Of a stretch of 32,000 nucleotides of DNA, positions 1 through 8,279 are shown piece after piece. Within the stretch, counting starts at the first letter, position 1. The number at the start of each line of letters is the position of its first letter. A program made the position numbers and the translations under genes. The DNA comes from Candidatus Lokiarchaeum ossiferum (lineage in GTDB: Archaea; Asgardarchaeota; Lokiarchaeia; Sigyniarchaeales; Promethearchaeaceae), in the NCBI GenBank assembly GCA_025839675.1, contig CP104013.1:2580001-2612000 (forward strand). Reading direction: 5' to 3'. The notes under the pieces were generated by a model. It saw only the letters and a list, made by a program, of their open reading frames with translations. It did no database searches and was not told where the DNA came from.

Positions 1-90
1 GGATACAAACTTGAAGGGGATGAAATAATTATGGATAATACGAAGAGTAAACAAGATTTTCTTATTCTTATTGATGACCAATTTTTCTAA
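1..90 (+). CDS. 3-prime end of a gene that starts upstream of the window (unknown product)
   Basis: Frame 1 is open from the window edge (..GYKLEGDEIIMDNTKSKQDFLILIDDQFF) to TAA at 88-90. A T-run at about 167-176 follows. It is too short to assign. Confidence 0.3.
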   Translation, partial: GYKLEGDEIIMDNTKSKQDFLILIDDQFF

Positions 91-178
91 TTGGAATCAA
101 AAAGTAGAACTAAGTGTTGGAAAAAAAGAGTAATAAAGTGGGAGTTGATCTTGCTTTATGATGAAATTTTTTTTTGTT

Positions 179-1342
179 TTATAGTTTAGGCATTTTATTT
201 TGAGTTTTTGTTTTTTTTCTGAGGAAGAGAATTATGGAAAGAAGGGAGATCCCTAAAAAGATGAAACCAAACGATATTGTTCCATTTTCATCACTTTCAG
301 AACTAAAATCAGTAGAAAGAGGTTCCCATTTAGAGTCTGTAGAATCATAGGACCATAAATCCCCATAGTTCACACTATAGTCTTCTCCAAGCCCTCCAAA
401 TAGGTAAGTTTTATTGGTTGACGAAGCAAAAGCCATGGCATGTCCGGTTCGGGGGGATGGAGTGCTATCGGGAGAGAATTCAGTCCAAGTTGAAGAGGAA
501 GATCCATTGAAACACCATGTATCCCCCAAAGCTCGAATAGGGGATTCTTCATTATCACCTCCAAACAGGAGGCTTTGACCCAAATGAGAATCAAATACCA
601 TAGAAAACCAATATCGGCTTAAAGGAGTTGTATTAGGAGACTTTTTTTGCCAAGTACCTTCTGTAAGATTCAAACTCCATGTTTCACTAGACAGACCAGA
701 GACACGCCCTCCAAAAAGTATTCCTAATTTAGCATTGGTATCGTATACCATAGCATGGCCATAACGAGCTTGGGGTGGAGTATTTGTGGTTAATTGCACC
801 CAATTTTCAGTCTGTGGATTAAAAATCCATGTTGCATCCTTAAGAACAAAATTGGGATCAACGTGACCTCCATAAATAACAATTTTTTGTTCGTTTTCAT
901 CATAATGCATAGAGAAATCAGCCAAATTTGGTGGAGAATTTTCGGGTGATAATTTTGTCCAAGCGTTAGAAGAAGGATCAAAAGCCCATGTTTCACCTCC
1001 ACCAAAATAAATGACCCGATTTGTGGATGGATCGTAGACCATTCCAGAATTTTCTTGAATTCTTGGAACGATTGGAGTATTTATAGGAGTCCAAGTATTA
1101 TTGGATAGATGATAAAGCCACGTAGAATAATCTGGAGAACTACTTGCCATAGTTCGACTTCCGAAAAGAATTAGTTGATTTTGAATAGGATCGAAGACCA
1201 TGGAATGGGCATACAGAAGAGAAGGTCCATCATTAGAAGATGAGGAATAACCAAGCGAAGGAAAACTTATCAAACCGAAAATGAAAATAAAAAAAGCAAA
1301 TTTAAGTTTGAAGTCGCGGTGAACTTTTAATTTTGACGACAT
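179..1342 (-). CDS. Surface-anchored Kelch-repeat (six-bladed beta-propeller) protein
   Basis: 387-aa ORF with an ATG start. N-terminal hydrophobic signal/anchor (FAFFIFIFGLISFPSLG). Six repeats each end in a hydrophobic-FGG/YGG motif (LILFGS, VIYFGG, IVIYGG, GILFGG, SLLFGG, TYLFGG), with W-containing strands (TW..L, AWTKL, NWVQL, TWQKK, TWTEF, KWEPL). C-terminal TM helix plus basic tail (ISFGFIFLGISLLSIILFLRKKTK). Confidence 0.8.
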   Translation of the reverse strand: MSSKLKVHRDFKLKFAFFIFIFGLISFPSLGYSSSSNDGPSLLYAHSMVFDPIQNQLILFGSRTMASSSPDYSTWLYHLSNNTWTPINTPIVPRIQENSGMVYDPSTNRVIYFGGGETWAFDPSSNAWTKLSPENSPPNLADFSMHYDENEQKIVIYGGHVDPNFVLKDATWIFNPQTENWVQLTTNTPPQARYGHAMVYDTNAKLGILFGGRVSGLSSETWSLNLTEGTWQKKSPNTTPLSRYWFSMVFDSHLGQSLLFGGDNEESPIRALGDTWCFNGSSSSTWTEFSPDSTPSPRTGHAMAFASSTNKTYLFGGLGEDYSVNYGDLWSYDSTDSKWEPLSTDFSSESDENGTISFGFIFLGISLLSIILFLRKKTKTQNKMPKL

Positions 1343-1481
1343 AAACTGATTAATACCAAACTATAATATAAACCAAGGGAACTGAATTTTTAGATTATTC
1401 AGATGATTTAGAACCCCTAAAAAAAAAGATATTTTACAAATCAATGAATGAAAAATGGATTTAATCCTTTTTCTAAATACG

Positions 1482-2747
1482 CTATTCATACGTTTTTATT
1501 AATTTTTCAATATCTTTAACAACTCTCTCAGAAGAAACTGGATTAAAATCATGATCTAGCGCATTATTAGCATGATCAAAAAGATAATGGAGTTTTAATT
1601 CTCGATCTCCAGATAAACCTGATATCGGAAGTATATAGGATCTAGTCATCTGCATTTGTGTACGGTAGGCTAAAATAACACTGTCTCCAATTTTGCAAGT
1701 TTGATTCAAGTCTGGATTTGGTATAAATTGCATATGATAATCAATATCTTGTACTACATCGAAATTATATCTAATTTTATTTTTCCGAGCTTCATCCCAT
1801 GTTGAGCCAATTAAAGCATTAATTTGGTCACTATAATTCGTGTGATAAACTCCTCCTCCATAAGCGTAAGCTCGCTCTTTATAGAAATGAGAAATTTCTG
1901 TAAGATATATAAAAGCCGTCTTTTCAGCACAATCATTTCGAAATGCGTTTGAGGGAGTTGTGCCTAATAATGCGTTACCAGGTTCTACATGAGTCGCACC
2001 TAATTTTCTTAATTCAGGCATTAGTTCAGAATTCGTATTTCCAGGTGTATTGATTTGAGTGATAGAAAAGCCCATTTGGTTTAGATTAGCAGCAGCACGA
2101 AGTATTGTTTCGAGATTTTGCGTAGATTTAATTTGATCATCTTTAGTTTCGTTGTACCTAACACAGGGAAACGAAGTGACTCCAATCAGTTCTATATTAG
2201 ATAATTTTTTGACTTGATGTGCAAATATGTCAAGTTCCCGTTCTTCAATTCCCCCTTCTTGCCCGTCAAATAAGACATCCCCATCTGTAATTACACGAAC
2301 CATGATATTTTGAATTTTTTCTTGCAATTTTGCTTCTTCATTTATCCATCGTGCCTGATTGATGCTGTAAACCGTGATTACTTCCGGATTTAGCTTTAAA
2401 ATATATGGAATAAAAATCCGTGGAATCTGTTCTAAATGGCCAACATGACCAACTGGAATGTTATATCGGCCACATTGGAGAGCACCTTGTACATCAACTG
2501 CAACTATTTTGTGAAGTCCTTGAGATATGGCAACACTGTTAATATAGGGGTTTCGATTATGTTGCTTCGACATCAAATAGGTTATCAATTTATTCTGAGA
2601 TGCTGTTCCACCCAATATTTTAGCGTTAGCTGCGATTTGATCAAGATCAATAACCCATGTATTTGGAGGAATTTTGTTTTTTTGATGTAATTCAATTGTT
2701 TGTTTGATAAGTTGAGAATTACTTTCCATAACATGTTCTAAATACAT
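1482..2747 (-). CDS. Putative PLP-dependent amino-acid racemase, alanine-racemase fold (YhfX / COG3457-like)
   Basis: 421-aa ORF with an ATG start. By eye it resembles the predicted-racemase family that includes YhfX and ornithine racemase. Candidate PLP lysine in LMSKQHNRNP. Barrel-like alternating beta/alpha pattern, then a C-terminal beta domain. Not verified by HMM. Confidence 0.45.
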   Translation of the reverse strand: MYLEHVMESNSQLIKQTIELHQKNKIPPNTWVIDLDQIAANAKILGGTASQNKLITYLMSKQHNRNPYINSVAISQGLHKIVAVDVQGALQCGRYNIPVGHVGHLEQIPRIFIPYILKLNPEVITVYSINQARWINEEAKLQEKIQNIMVRVITDGDVLFDGQEGGIEERELDIFAHQVKKLSNIELIGVTSFPCVRYNETKDDQIKSTQNLETILRAAANLNQMGFSITQINTPGNTNSELMPELRKLGATHVEPGNALLGTTPSNAFRNDCAEKTAFIYLTEISHFYKERAYAYGGGVYHTNYSDQINALIGSTWDEARKNKIRYNFDVVQDIDYHMQFIPNPDLNQTCKIGDSVILAYRTQMQMTRSYILPISGLSGDRELKLHYLFDHANNALDHDFNPVSSERVVKDIEKLIKTYE

Positions 2748-2932
2748 TAAGAAATGGTATTATGAAATCTATTAAAAAATTTAATGAATAAAATATTCCT
2801 CCAAAGCATATTGAAGTTGGAATTGCGAATGCAAGAATAGTGTATTAAATCTCCAAAGGAAGTAAAAAATTGGTTATCAAAATTAAAGAAAGCACTGTTA
2901 AATCCTATCCCCCCTGCTTTATCACAAATTCT

Positions 2933-3385
2933 TCAAAAAAGCGAAGAAATAAACTGAAAAGGTGCAAATAACTTCGCCTCAACATGGAGAGATTTTTTCA
3001 AAAAATCAAGTAAACTTTCTGAAAAATTGATGAAATAAGTCACTTCAGATATATTTTGAAATCTTCCCTCTGATCTCTGATAGAAATAGGTTAATTGAGT
3101 GATTAAATGCTTGTTATTAAGATCTAATTGGTGAGCAATGTTCAGTATTCGCGAATCCGAGTGAGATAGTAATTTGGGATAAGTTATTTTTTCTTTCCAG
3201 CTAATGTAAAAAAGAACATGCAAATTGAAGTCGGCAAATTGAGACTTTAACTGATTTTTATTTCCAAAAAAAGAAATTCTTTTATAAATAGATTCAATTT
3301 GCTTAATTTTTTGAAGGATTTGGGTTCGCTTCTCTTCCAATAAAATAATATTCTCTAAGTTCAAGACCGCTGACCTCACTATCAA
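2933..3385 (-). CDS. Hypothetical protein (150 aa), non-ATG start
   Basis: Long open frame in an AT-rich background where stops are frequent. There is a stop codon immediately upstream. The only start options are TTG (3385) or GTG (3379), and the frame has no ATG codon anywhere. No recognisable motif. Confidence 0.45.
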   Translation of the reverse strand: MIVRSAVLNLENIILLEEKRTQILQKIKQIESIYKRISFFGNKNQLKSQFADFNLHVLFYISWKEKITYPKLLSHSDSRILNIAHQLDLNNKHLITQLTYFYQRSEGRFQNISEVTYFINFSESLLDFLKKSLHVEAKLFAPFQFISSLF

Positions 3386-3581
3386 TTAAAAATCAAGAGA
3401 TGTATTTACTCAAGTTGAAACTTGCATTGATTTTTAATTTGAAATAATTATAAAATTTCACAAATTAATAAGTTAGCATTTTCTACTGATTAATTTAAAA
3501 CATCAAAACTTGACGTTTCTACATCACACGACCTCTTAACAATTCATTTGAATTCTCAATTCCCACGATATCATTTCCTTG

Positions 3582-3622
3582 GCATCAAATCGCTTGATTC
3601 ATTTATCTTAACCATTTGATGC
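3582..3622. repeat. Perfect 9-bp inverted repeat (GCATCAAAT ... ATTTGATGC) with a 23-nt spacer
   Basis: Read directly: left arm 3582-3590, right arm 3614-3622. It lies in the 563-bp non-coding stretch upstream of the radical SAM gene. Confidence 0.6.
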
Positions 3623-3948
3623 AAGTTTATCAGCAAATTAAGAACATCTAATTTTTACTATTAACTAACTAAAATATATGTAGAATAGACTTATCCTATG
3701 AAATTGAAGATGAAGTATATGTAGCATTAACTTTTTTTCCAATATTTATGAAAAAAGGTTGTATAAAGACAAAGAAATGTATTAAAAAATTTCAATTGAA
3801 TTCAGAACACTATGTTTCCGAATAGGAGTATGCGGTTCTAAGTTTAAATATTGTCATGTCTACATTGTATACTTGACAATTACTCAAATAATTGTTTATA
3901 CAAAAAAATTTCTCGAAAAATATTGAAAAATTAAAGACTTGAACCCTC

Positions 3949-5898
3949 ATGAATCCAAAATTACTTTTAACAGCGGTTTTCGGCCCATATGGTGTGAAAA
4001 ATGCTTATGCTGAAGGCATAGGAATGCAGATGGAATTATTAAACAATCAAATCACACGTCAACAGGGAATTCACTCCCCACGGCAAAATTACTGGACTTT
4101 TGCACTATATTTATTAGCTGAAAATATCTCGACACCGACCACAGTCTTAGATTTTCCTAAATGGAAAGATTTTACACACGAGTTAAATACTAACCATTAT
4201 ACACATGTAGGAATAAATTTTATAGTCCCCAATGTTCTAAAAGCCAAGCGGATGACCGAATATATTCGGAAGCATCATCCTAAGATCAAGATTATCTTGG
4301 GAGGATACGGTACTACCATACCAAACTTAGAAAAAATGGTGCCCCACGATGAATTATGCATCGGTGAAGGAGTACGCTGGATGCAAAAATATTTTGGAGA
4401 AGAGGATCGACTAACCCAACCTGTTATCCATCCTGTTATTCAAAATCCCATATCGCAAAGAGTCTACGGTTATAGATCCGTCCCGAGAGCAGCAGTATTA
4501 TTACCTGGATTGGGATGTGAAAATGGATGCGAATTCTGTGCAACATCTCATATGTTTAATAAGAAATATGAACCCTTACTTGCAAATGGACAGGAATGTT
4601 TTGAAGCTTGTCTCAAGGCAGAAACTAAAATGAAAGCATCAGGTTTTTCAATCATGGATGAAAATTTTCTAAAACAACCCAATACAGCTCGAGATTTGTT
4701 GAAGGCTATGGAAAGTAATATGAAGAATTATGCTTTTGAGATTTTTTCATCGGCAGAAACAATTACAAGCCTAGGAATCGATTTTTTGGTTCGTCTTGGA
4801 GTCAAAATGGTATGGATTGGAGTGGAATCCAAAAAATGGGCACATAACAAAGTAAAAAATGTTGATTTTACCGAATTGTTTGCGAAATTACAAAATAACG
4901 GTATTACAGTCAATTCTTCAGCCATTCTTTTCCTCGAACATCATGATGAGAAATCATTACAAGAAGATATTGACTGGGTAATTAGTTTGGGGGCGGATCT
5001 CACCCAATTTATGAACTATACCCCACTTCCCAACACAACTCTCTACAAACGTTTGAAGGAAACTTCAAAGCTTAAAAGTCAAGAAGAAGTTCCGTATGCA
5101 CAATACCATGGCGCGGCCGAATTAAATTGGATTCATCCCCATATTAATGATCCTAAGAAGCATTTTGAATATTTGAGACAGGCGTTTCGTAAAAAATATC
5201 TGACTAATGGGTCTGGCATTTTAAATATGACCATCACATCTCTTTTAGGATTGAAATCAGCACGAAAAGATTTTGCATATCGTGAAGAAAATGGAATCAA
5301 TTGGAATCCAATAACCCTAAAATATGAAAAATCTGACTCACCTCACCATGATGCTTACTTTAAATATCGGTTACGGAAGATTGAACGCGTAGCCATGATT
5401 AGTCGTCCTATGTTGCTTCCTTTATATTTACTTGCACCCAATAAATCTATTCGGAACAAAACAAAAGCCGCCTTGAGATTAGCACGAGAGACTTTAGGTA
5501 AACCAACGATTCAGGAGAGAATAAAATCCTTTGCTCTTGTGATTTTTGCTCTAATTGAAGGTATTAAATTCACATTCATGAAAATTCGAGGGAAGGAATC
5601 CATCATCTATCAACCGAAAGCGCGAAAAGTTGATTATAATATGGAATCTCATACCGTGCTCGCAATTGTTAAGCATCAAATTAAAAAGTGGGTGAGATTA
5701 GATAAGCCTTACCACTGGGTGCAGGATCAATTGAGAACAATTCCAAGCAAAGCAGAATTGTTGAGAAAAATCCAAAATTATTCCAAATTCAAAAAAACAA
5801 ACCTTTCATTATCAAAAATGCAAGAATGTTGGGTTCAAATGATTTCTAAACAGGATTATATTCAAAATTATTGGATAAACGAAGGAGGCAAAGTTTAG
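3949..5898 (+). CDS. B12-binding (class B) radical SAM enzyme with a long C-terminal extension
   Basis: 649-aa ORF. The N-terminal Rossmann-like cobalamin-binding region ends in KIKIILGGYGTT. The canonical CxxxCxxC cluster motif is CENGCEFC (C190/C194/C197, nt 4516-4539). About 200 further residues include a hydrophobic segment (FALVIFALIEGIKFTF). Confidence 0.85.
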   Translation: MNPKLLLTAVFGPYGVKNAYAEGIGMQMELLNNQITRQQGIHSPRQNYWTFALYLLAENISTPTTVLDFPKWKDFTHELNTNHYTHVGINFIVPNVLKAKRMTEYIRKHHPKIKIILGGYGTTIPNLEKMVPHDELCIGEGVRWMQKYFGEEDRLTQPVIHPVIQNPISQRVYGYRSVPRAAVLLPGLGCENGCEFCATSHMFNKKYEPLLANGQECFEACLKAETKMKASGFSIMDENFLKQPNTARDLLKAMESNMKNYAFEIFSSAETITSLGIDFLVRLGVKMVWIGVESKKWAHNKVKNVDFTELFAKLQNNGITVNSSAILFLEHHDEKSLQEDIDWVISLGADLTQFMNYTPLPNTTLYKRLKETSKLKSQEEVPYAQYHGAAELNWIHPHINDPKKHFEYLRQAFRKKYLTNGSGILNMTITSLLGLKSARKDFAYREENGINWNPITLKYEKSDSPHHDAYFKYRLRKIERVAMISRPMLLPLYLLAPNKSIRNKTKAALRLARETLGKPTIQERIKSFALVIFALIEGIKFTFMKIRGKESIIYQPKARKVDYNMESHTVLAIVKHQIKKWVRLDKPYHWVQDQLRTIPSKAELLRKIQNYSKFKKTNLSLSKMQECWVQMISKQDYIQNYWINEGGKV

Positions 5899-5903
5899 TT
5901 AAT

Positions 5904-5947
5904 TTCCTTGGTTTTTTTGCCTCATTAACCAATTAAGGAAAAAAAAA
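5904..5947. terminator. Convergent intergenic region with oligo-T/oligo-A tracts (candidate bidirectional archaeal terminator)
   Basis: T7 at 5912-5918 follows the plus-strand stop (5896-5898). A9 at 5939-5947 (T9 on the minus strand) follows the minus-strand stop (5958-5960). TTCCTT (5904-5909) can pair with AAGGAA (5935-5940). Confidence 0.45.
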
Positions 5948-5957
5948 GATTAGAGGC

Positions 5958-7229
5958 TTAAAACATCTGATCCTTCAAAGTTTTAACCGCTTTTTGCTGG
6001 ATTAATTTTTTTTCAGCTTTCTTTTGCTCAGTAATATCTTCCCCAGAACTTAAAATGCCTCTGAATTCTCCTTGTTCGTTGATAATAGGTGCGTTATGCC
6101 AGAAAATCAACTTTTTCTTACCACGTTTATCGAGAATATAATTTTTATTGAATTCATTTTTCCCTTGGCGCACTTTTTCAAGTTCCTTTCTAATAGACGA
6201 ACGATCTTTTTCTTGAATAAAATTTTCGCACCAATCCAACCCTACTACTTCAGTTTCATCATAACCAAGAAGTTGAATCCCTTTACGATTGATTTTTGAT
6301 AATTTCAAATTTTCATCTAGAACAATAAGCATAACTCCAGCAATATCAAAATACATTTGGGCGATGGCTTTTTCCGAAGCAAGTTTCTGTTCAGTTTTTT
6401 TTAAAGAGGTGATATCCATCCCAACAGAGAGAATCTCGACAATTTTTCCATTTTTATCGTAAATGGGTTTATTTGTCCAAGCGACCCACTTTGATGTATT
6501 ATCTTTCAGAATACTTCTCACTTCCCGGAATTCAAAATTCTCAGGGTTTTCCAAGAAGAGTTTCAATCGATCAGCACTAAAAATACCATCTTCCTCCGTT
6601 CTAGGTAGGATGGTTCCAACAATACTCTTGCCCAATATCTCGTCAGATGCATATCCAAAAAATTTCTCAGCAAAGGGGTTTAAAAAGGTCAAGTTTCCAT
6701 TAAGATCAATTTTAATGATAGAATTATTTGCAGTAAGGATCTCATTTGCATTATTTAAAGCGACTTCTGTTCGCAAACGTTCTTCTTCAAATTCCGTGAC
6801 ATATTTTAAGGTTTTTAATCGTTCTTCCCATTTCGAACAAAACTGCGAAGCAAATTCGGTGATATCTATTCCATTACTCATTTTAATTTCATCGATGAAA
6901 TCATTTCGTATGCGCATCAATAAATCGGTTCTAATTTTCCCAATATCCTTATTCAGCTTAAAAATTAAAGAATATTTATCAAAATTGCCTCGAACTTGAG
7001 GATTTTGAATTAAAAAGTTGGTTGCTTGATAAAAAGAATTTCTTTCTTCAAAAAAGAGATTTTTTTTATTTAAACTTAGGGCATCAATAATAATTTTTGA
7101 GGATATATGGTTGCAAGTGTCTTCGCAAAAAGTACAACCTTCACTATCTTGTACATTCAAACAGATTGGACCTTTGTAGTCATCAAACTTACCTAGGGTT
7201 ATTAATATATTAGAGTGATCAAATTGCAA
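5958..7229 (-). CDS. Cytoplasmic sensor protein: novel N-terminal alpha/beta domain, coiled coil and two PAS domains, no output domain
   Basis: 423-aa ORF with a TTG start at 7229 (first ATG-encoded Met is near residue 105). PAS signatures: LTFLNPFAEKFFGYASDEILGKSIVGTILP and KLSKINRKGIQLLGYDETEVVGLDWCENFI. Each ends in the usual (S/G)xxxDIT(E/S) strand (SVGMDITSLKK, SSGEDITEQKK). No kinase, GGDEF or HTH follows. Confidence 0.8.
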   Translation of the reverse strand: MQFDHSNILITLGKFDDYKGPICLNVQDSEGCTFCEDTCNHISSKIIIDALSLNKKNLFFEERNSFYQATNFLIQNPQVRGNFDKYSLIFKLNKDIGKIRTDLLMRIRNDFIDEIKMSNGIDITEFASQFCSKWEERLKTLKYVTEFEEERLRTEVALNNANEILTANNSIIKIDLNGNLTFLNPFAEKFFGYASDEILGKSIVGTILPRTEEDGIFSADRLKLFLENPENFEFREVRSILKDNTSKWVAWTNKPIYDKNGKIVEILSVGMDITSLKKTEQKLASEKAIAQMYFDIAGVMLIVLDENLKLSKINRKGIQLLGYDETEVVGLDWCENFIQEKDRSSIRKELEKVRQGKNEFNKNYILDKRGKKKLIFWHNAPIINEQGEFRGILSSGEDITEQKKAEKKLIQQKAVKTLKDQMF

Positions 7230-7380
7230 TATAACATCATTTAACTCGAAAAAAATAAAAATTTATTCAAATTCTTAGATAATCTAGCAAATAATTATGA
7301 TTAAGACAAAGTTTTGAATAAAGTCGGGAAATTATCGTTCCATTGTTAGAAAATGTGATGATTTCGAGAATTTAAAGGTC

Positions 7381-8235
7381 TCAGTTTTCTTCTACAGTAA
7401 TAGATGTTTTTTTTACTTTTCCAAATCCATAAAAGATGAAAACTGGAGAGATTATCCAAAATAAATGCCCTAGGATATAATAAAAAAGGGTAGGTAAAAC
7501 TAAAATCATCGGGGAGATAAGAGTTATCACACCTAAAATTACCCAATATATATGACCAATCCCAAGGAAAATGATTCCCCACATGAAAAAGGTAATTCGC
7601 TTTTTAAAATCTTTGGAAGGATCTTCTATTGCGATGTCTTTTAGGGTTAGATAAAGCATTAATGCACTGATTAAATAAATAATTACATTTAAAGCAATGG
7701 AAAACCCCGCAAATCCATTGAAGATCCCACTTACATCGATGCCAATGGATGAGATCAAGATTTGAATGATGTCTCCTGCGGAGATTATGATTGTTATTGC
7801 CCCCATTAAAATAATAACAATTGCATTATTCGTAAAAACTGCTTTTACTCTTTCTTCATCATATCGAAGTGCGAATGCTGCAATTAGGAAATTCCAATTC
7901 ATTACAGTGCTAGCCCCAAAAGCAATGTCTCTAAGAATATTCACCCAAAATAGAGATTGATAATTGAAATCATATCCTTGATAAATGCCCATTGGAGTTG
8001 TTTCATCCATGGATAACCCTGCACATGTATAAATAACCATATCCAGTGTAATATAAAGGACCCATGCAAACATCCCTATTAATAGAGATTTGTGAAATTG
8101 TGATCTATCTTTCCAAGCCGTTTGTTTATTTTTCTTGTTAATTAAGTAAATATTCATAATAAATAGAGCGGCTTCAATGGATTTAGGAATAATTAAGGTA
8201 AGTTCTAAATTTGAAATTAAGGGCACAATTATCAC
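7381..8235 (-). CDS. Polytopic integral membrane protein (about 8 TM), unknown function
   Basis: 284-aa ORF from GTG at 8235, with an alternative ATG at 8157 (MNIYLINKKN..). Hydrophobic helices run throughout. The gene sits 44 bp downstream of the GTPase gene on the same strand. Confidence 0.65.
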   Translation of the reverse strand: MIIVPLISNLELTLIIPKSIEAALFIMNIYLINKKNKQTAWKDRSQFHKSLLIGMFAWVLYITLDMVIYTCAGLSMDETTPMGIYQGYDFNYQSLFWVNILRDIAFGASTVMNWNFLIAAFALRYDEERVKAVFTNNAIVIILMGAITIIISAGDIIQILISSIGIDVSGIFNGFAGFSIALNVIIYLISALMLYLTLKDIAIEDPSKDFKKRITFFMWGIIFLGIGHIYWVILGVITLISPMILVLPTLFYYILGHLFWIISPVFIFYGFGKVKKTSITVEEN

Positions 8236-8279
8236 ATGATTATTTTATTGAAAAAACTTTAGCTTACAGCATTACACTT

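Noticed and set aside
370-1005. 74-aa and 71-aa same-strand, alternate-frame ORFs (370-594, 790-1005) inside the Kelch gene
   Set aside because: They are nested within a well-supported 387-aa repeat protein and have no independent signals. Frame-shadow artefacts.
2436-2690. 84-aa antisense ORF in the racemase-like gene
   Set aside because: It overlaps the longer, better-supported minus-strand ORF and has no motif.
3748-3825. 25-aa Cys-containing mini-ORF as a bona fide RiPP precursor gene
   Set aside because: It is not annotated as a feature. It has no RBS and no leader or core organisation that I can recognise, and ORFs of this length are expected by chance in AT-rich DNA. It is kept only as a low-weight note under the intergenic-region finding.
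6463-6999. 178-aa plus-strand ORF inside the PAS-protein gene
   Set aside because: It is entirely antisense to a gene with clear PAS motifs. Its translation is Ser/Phe/Lys/Arg-rich low complexity with no motif. This is a typical shadow ORF of an AT-rich coding region.
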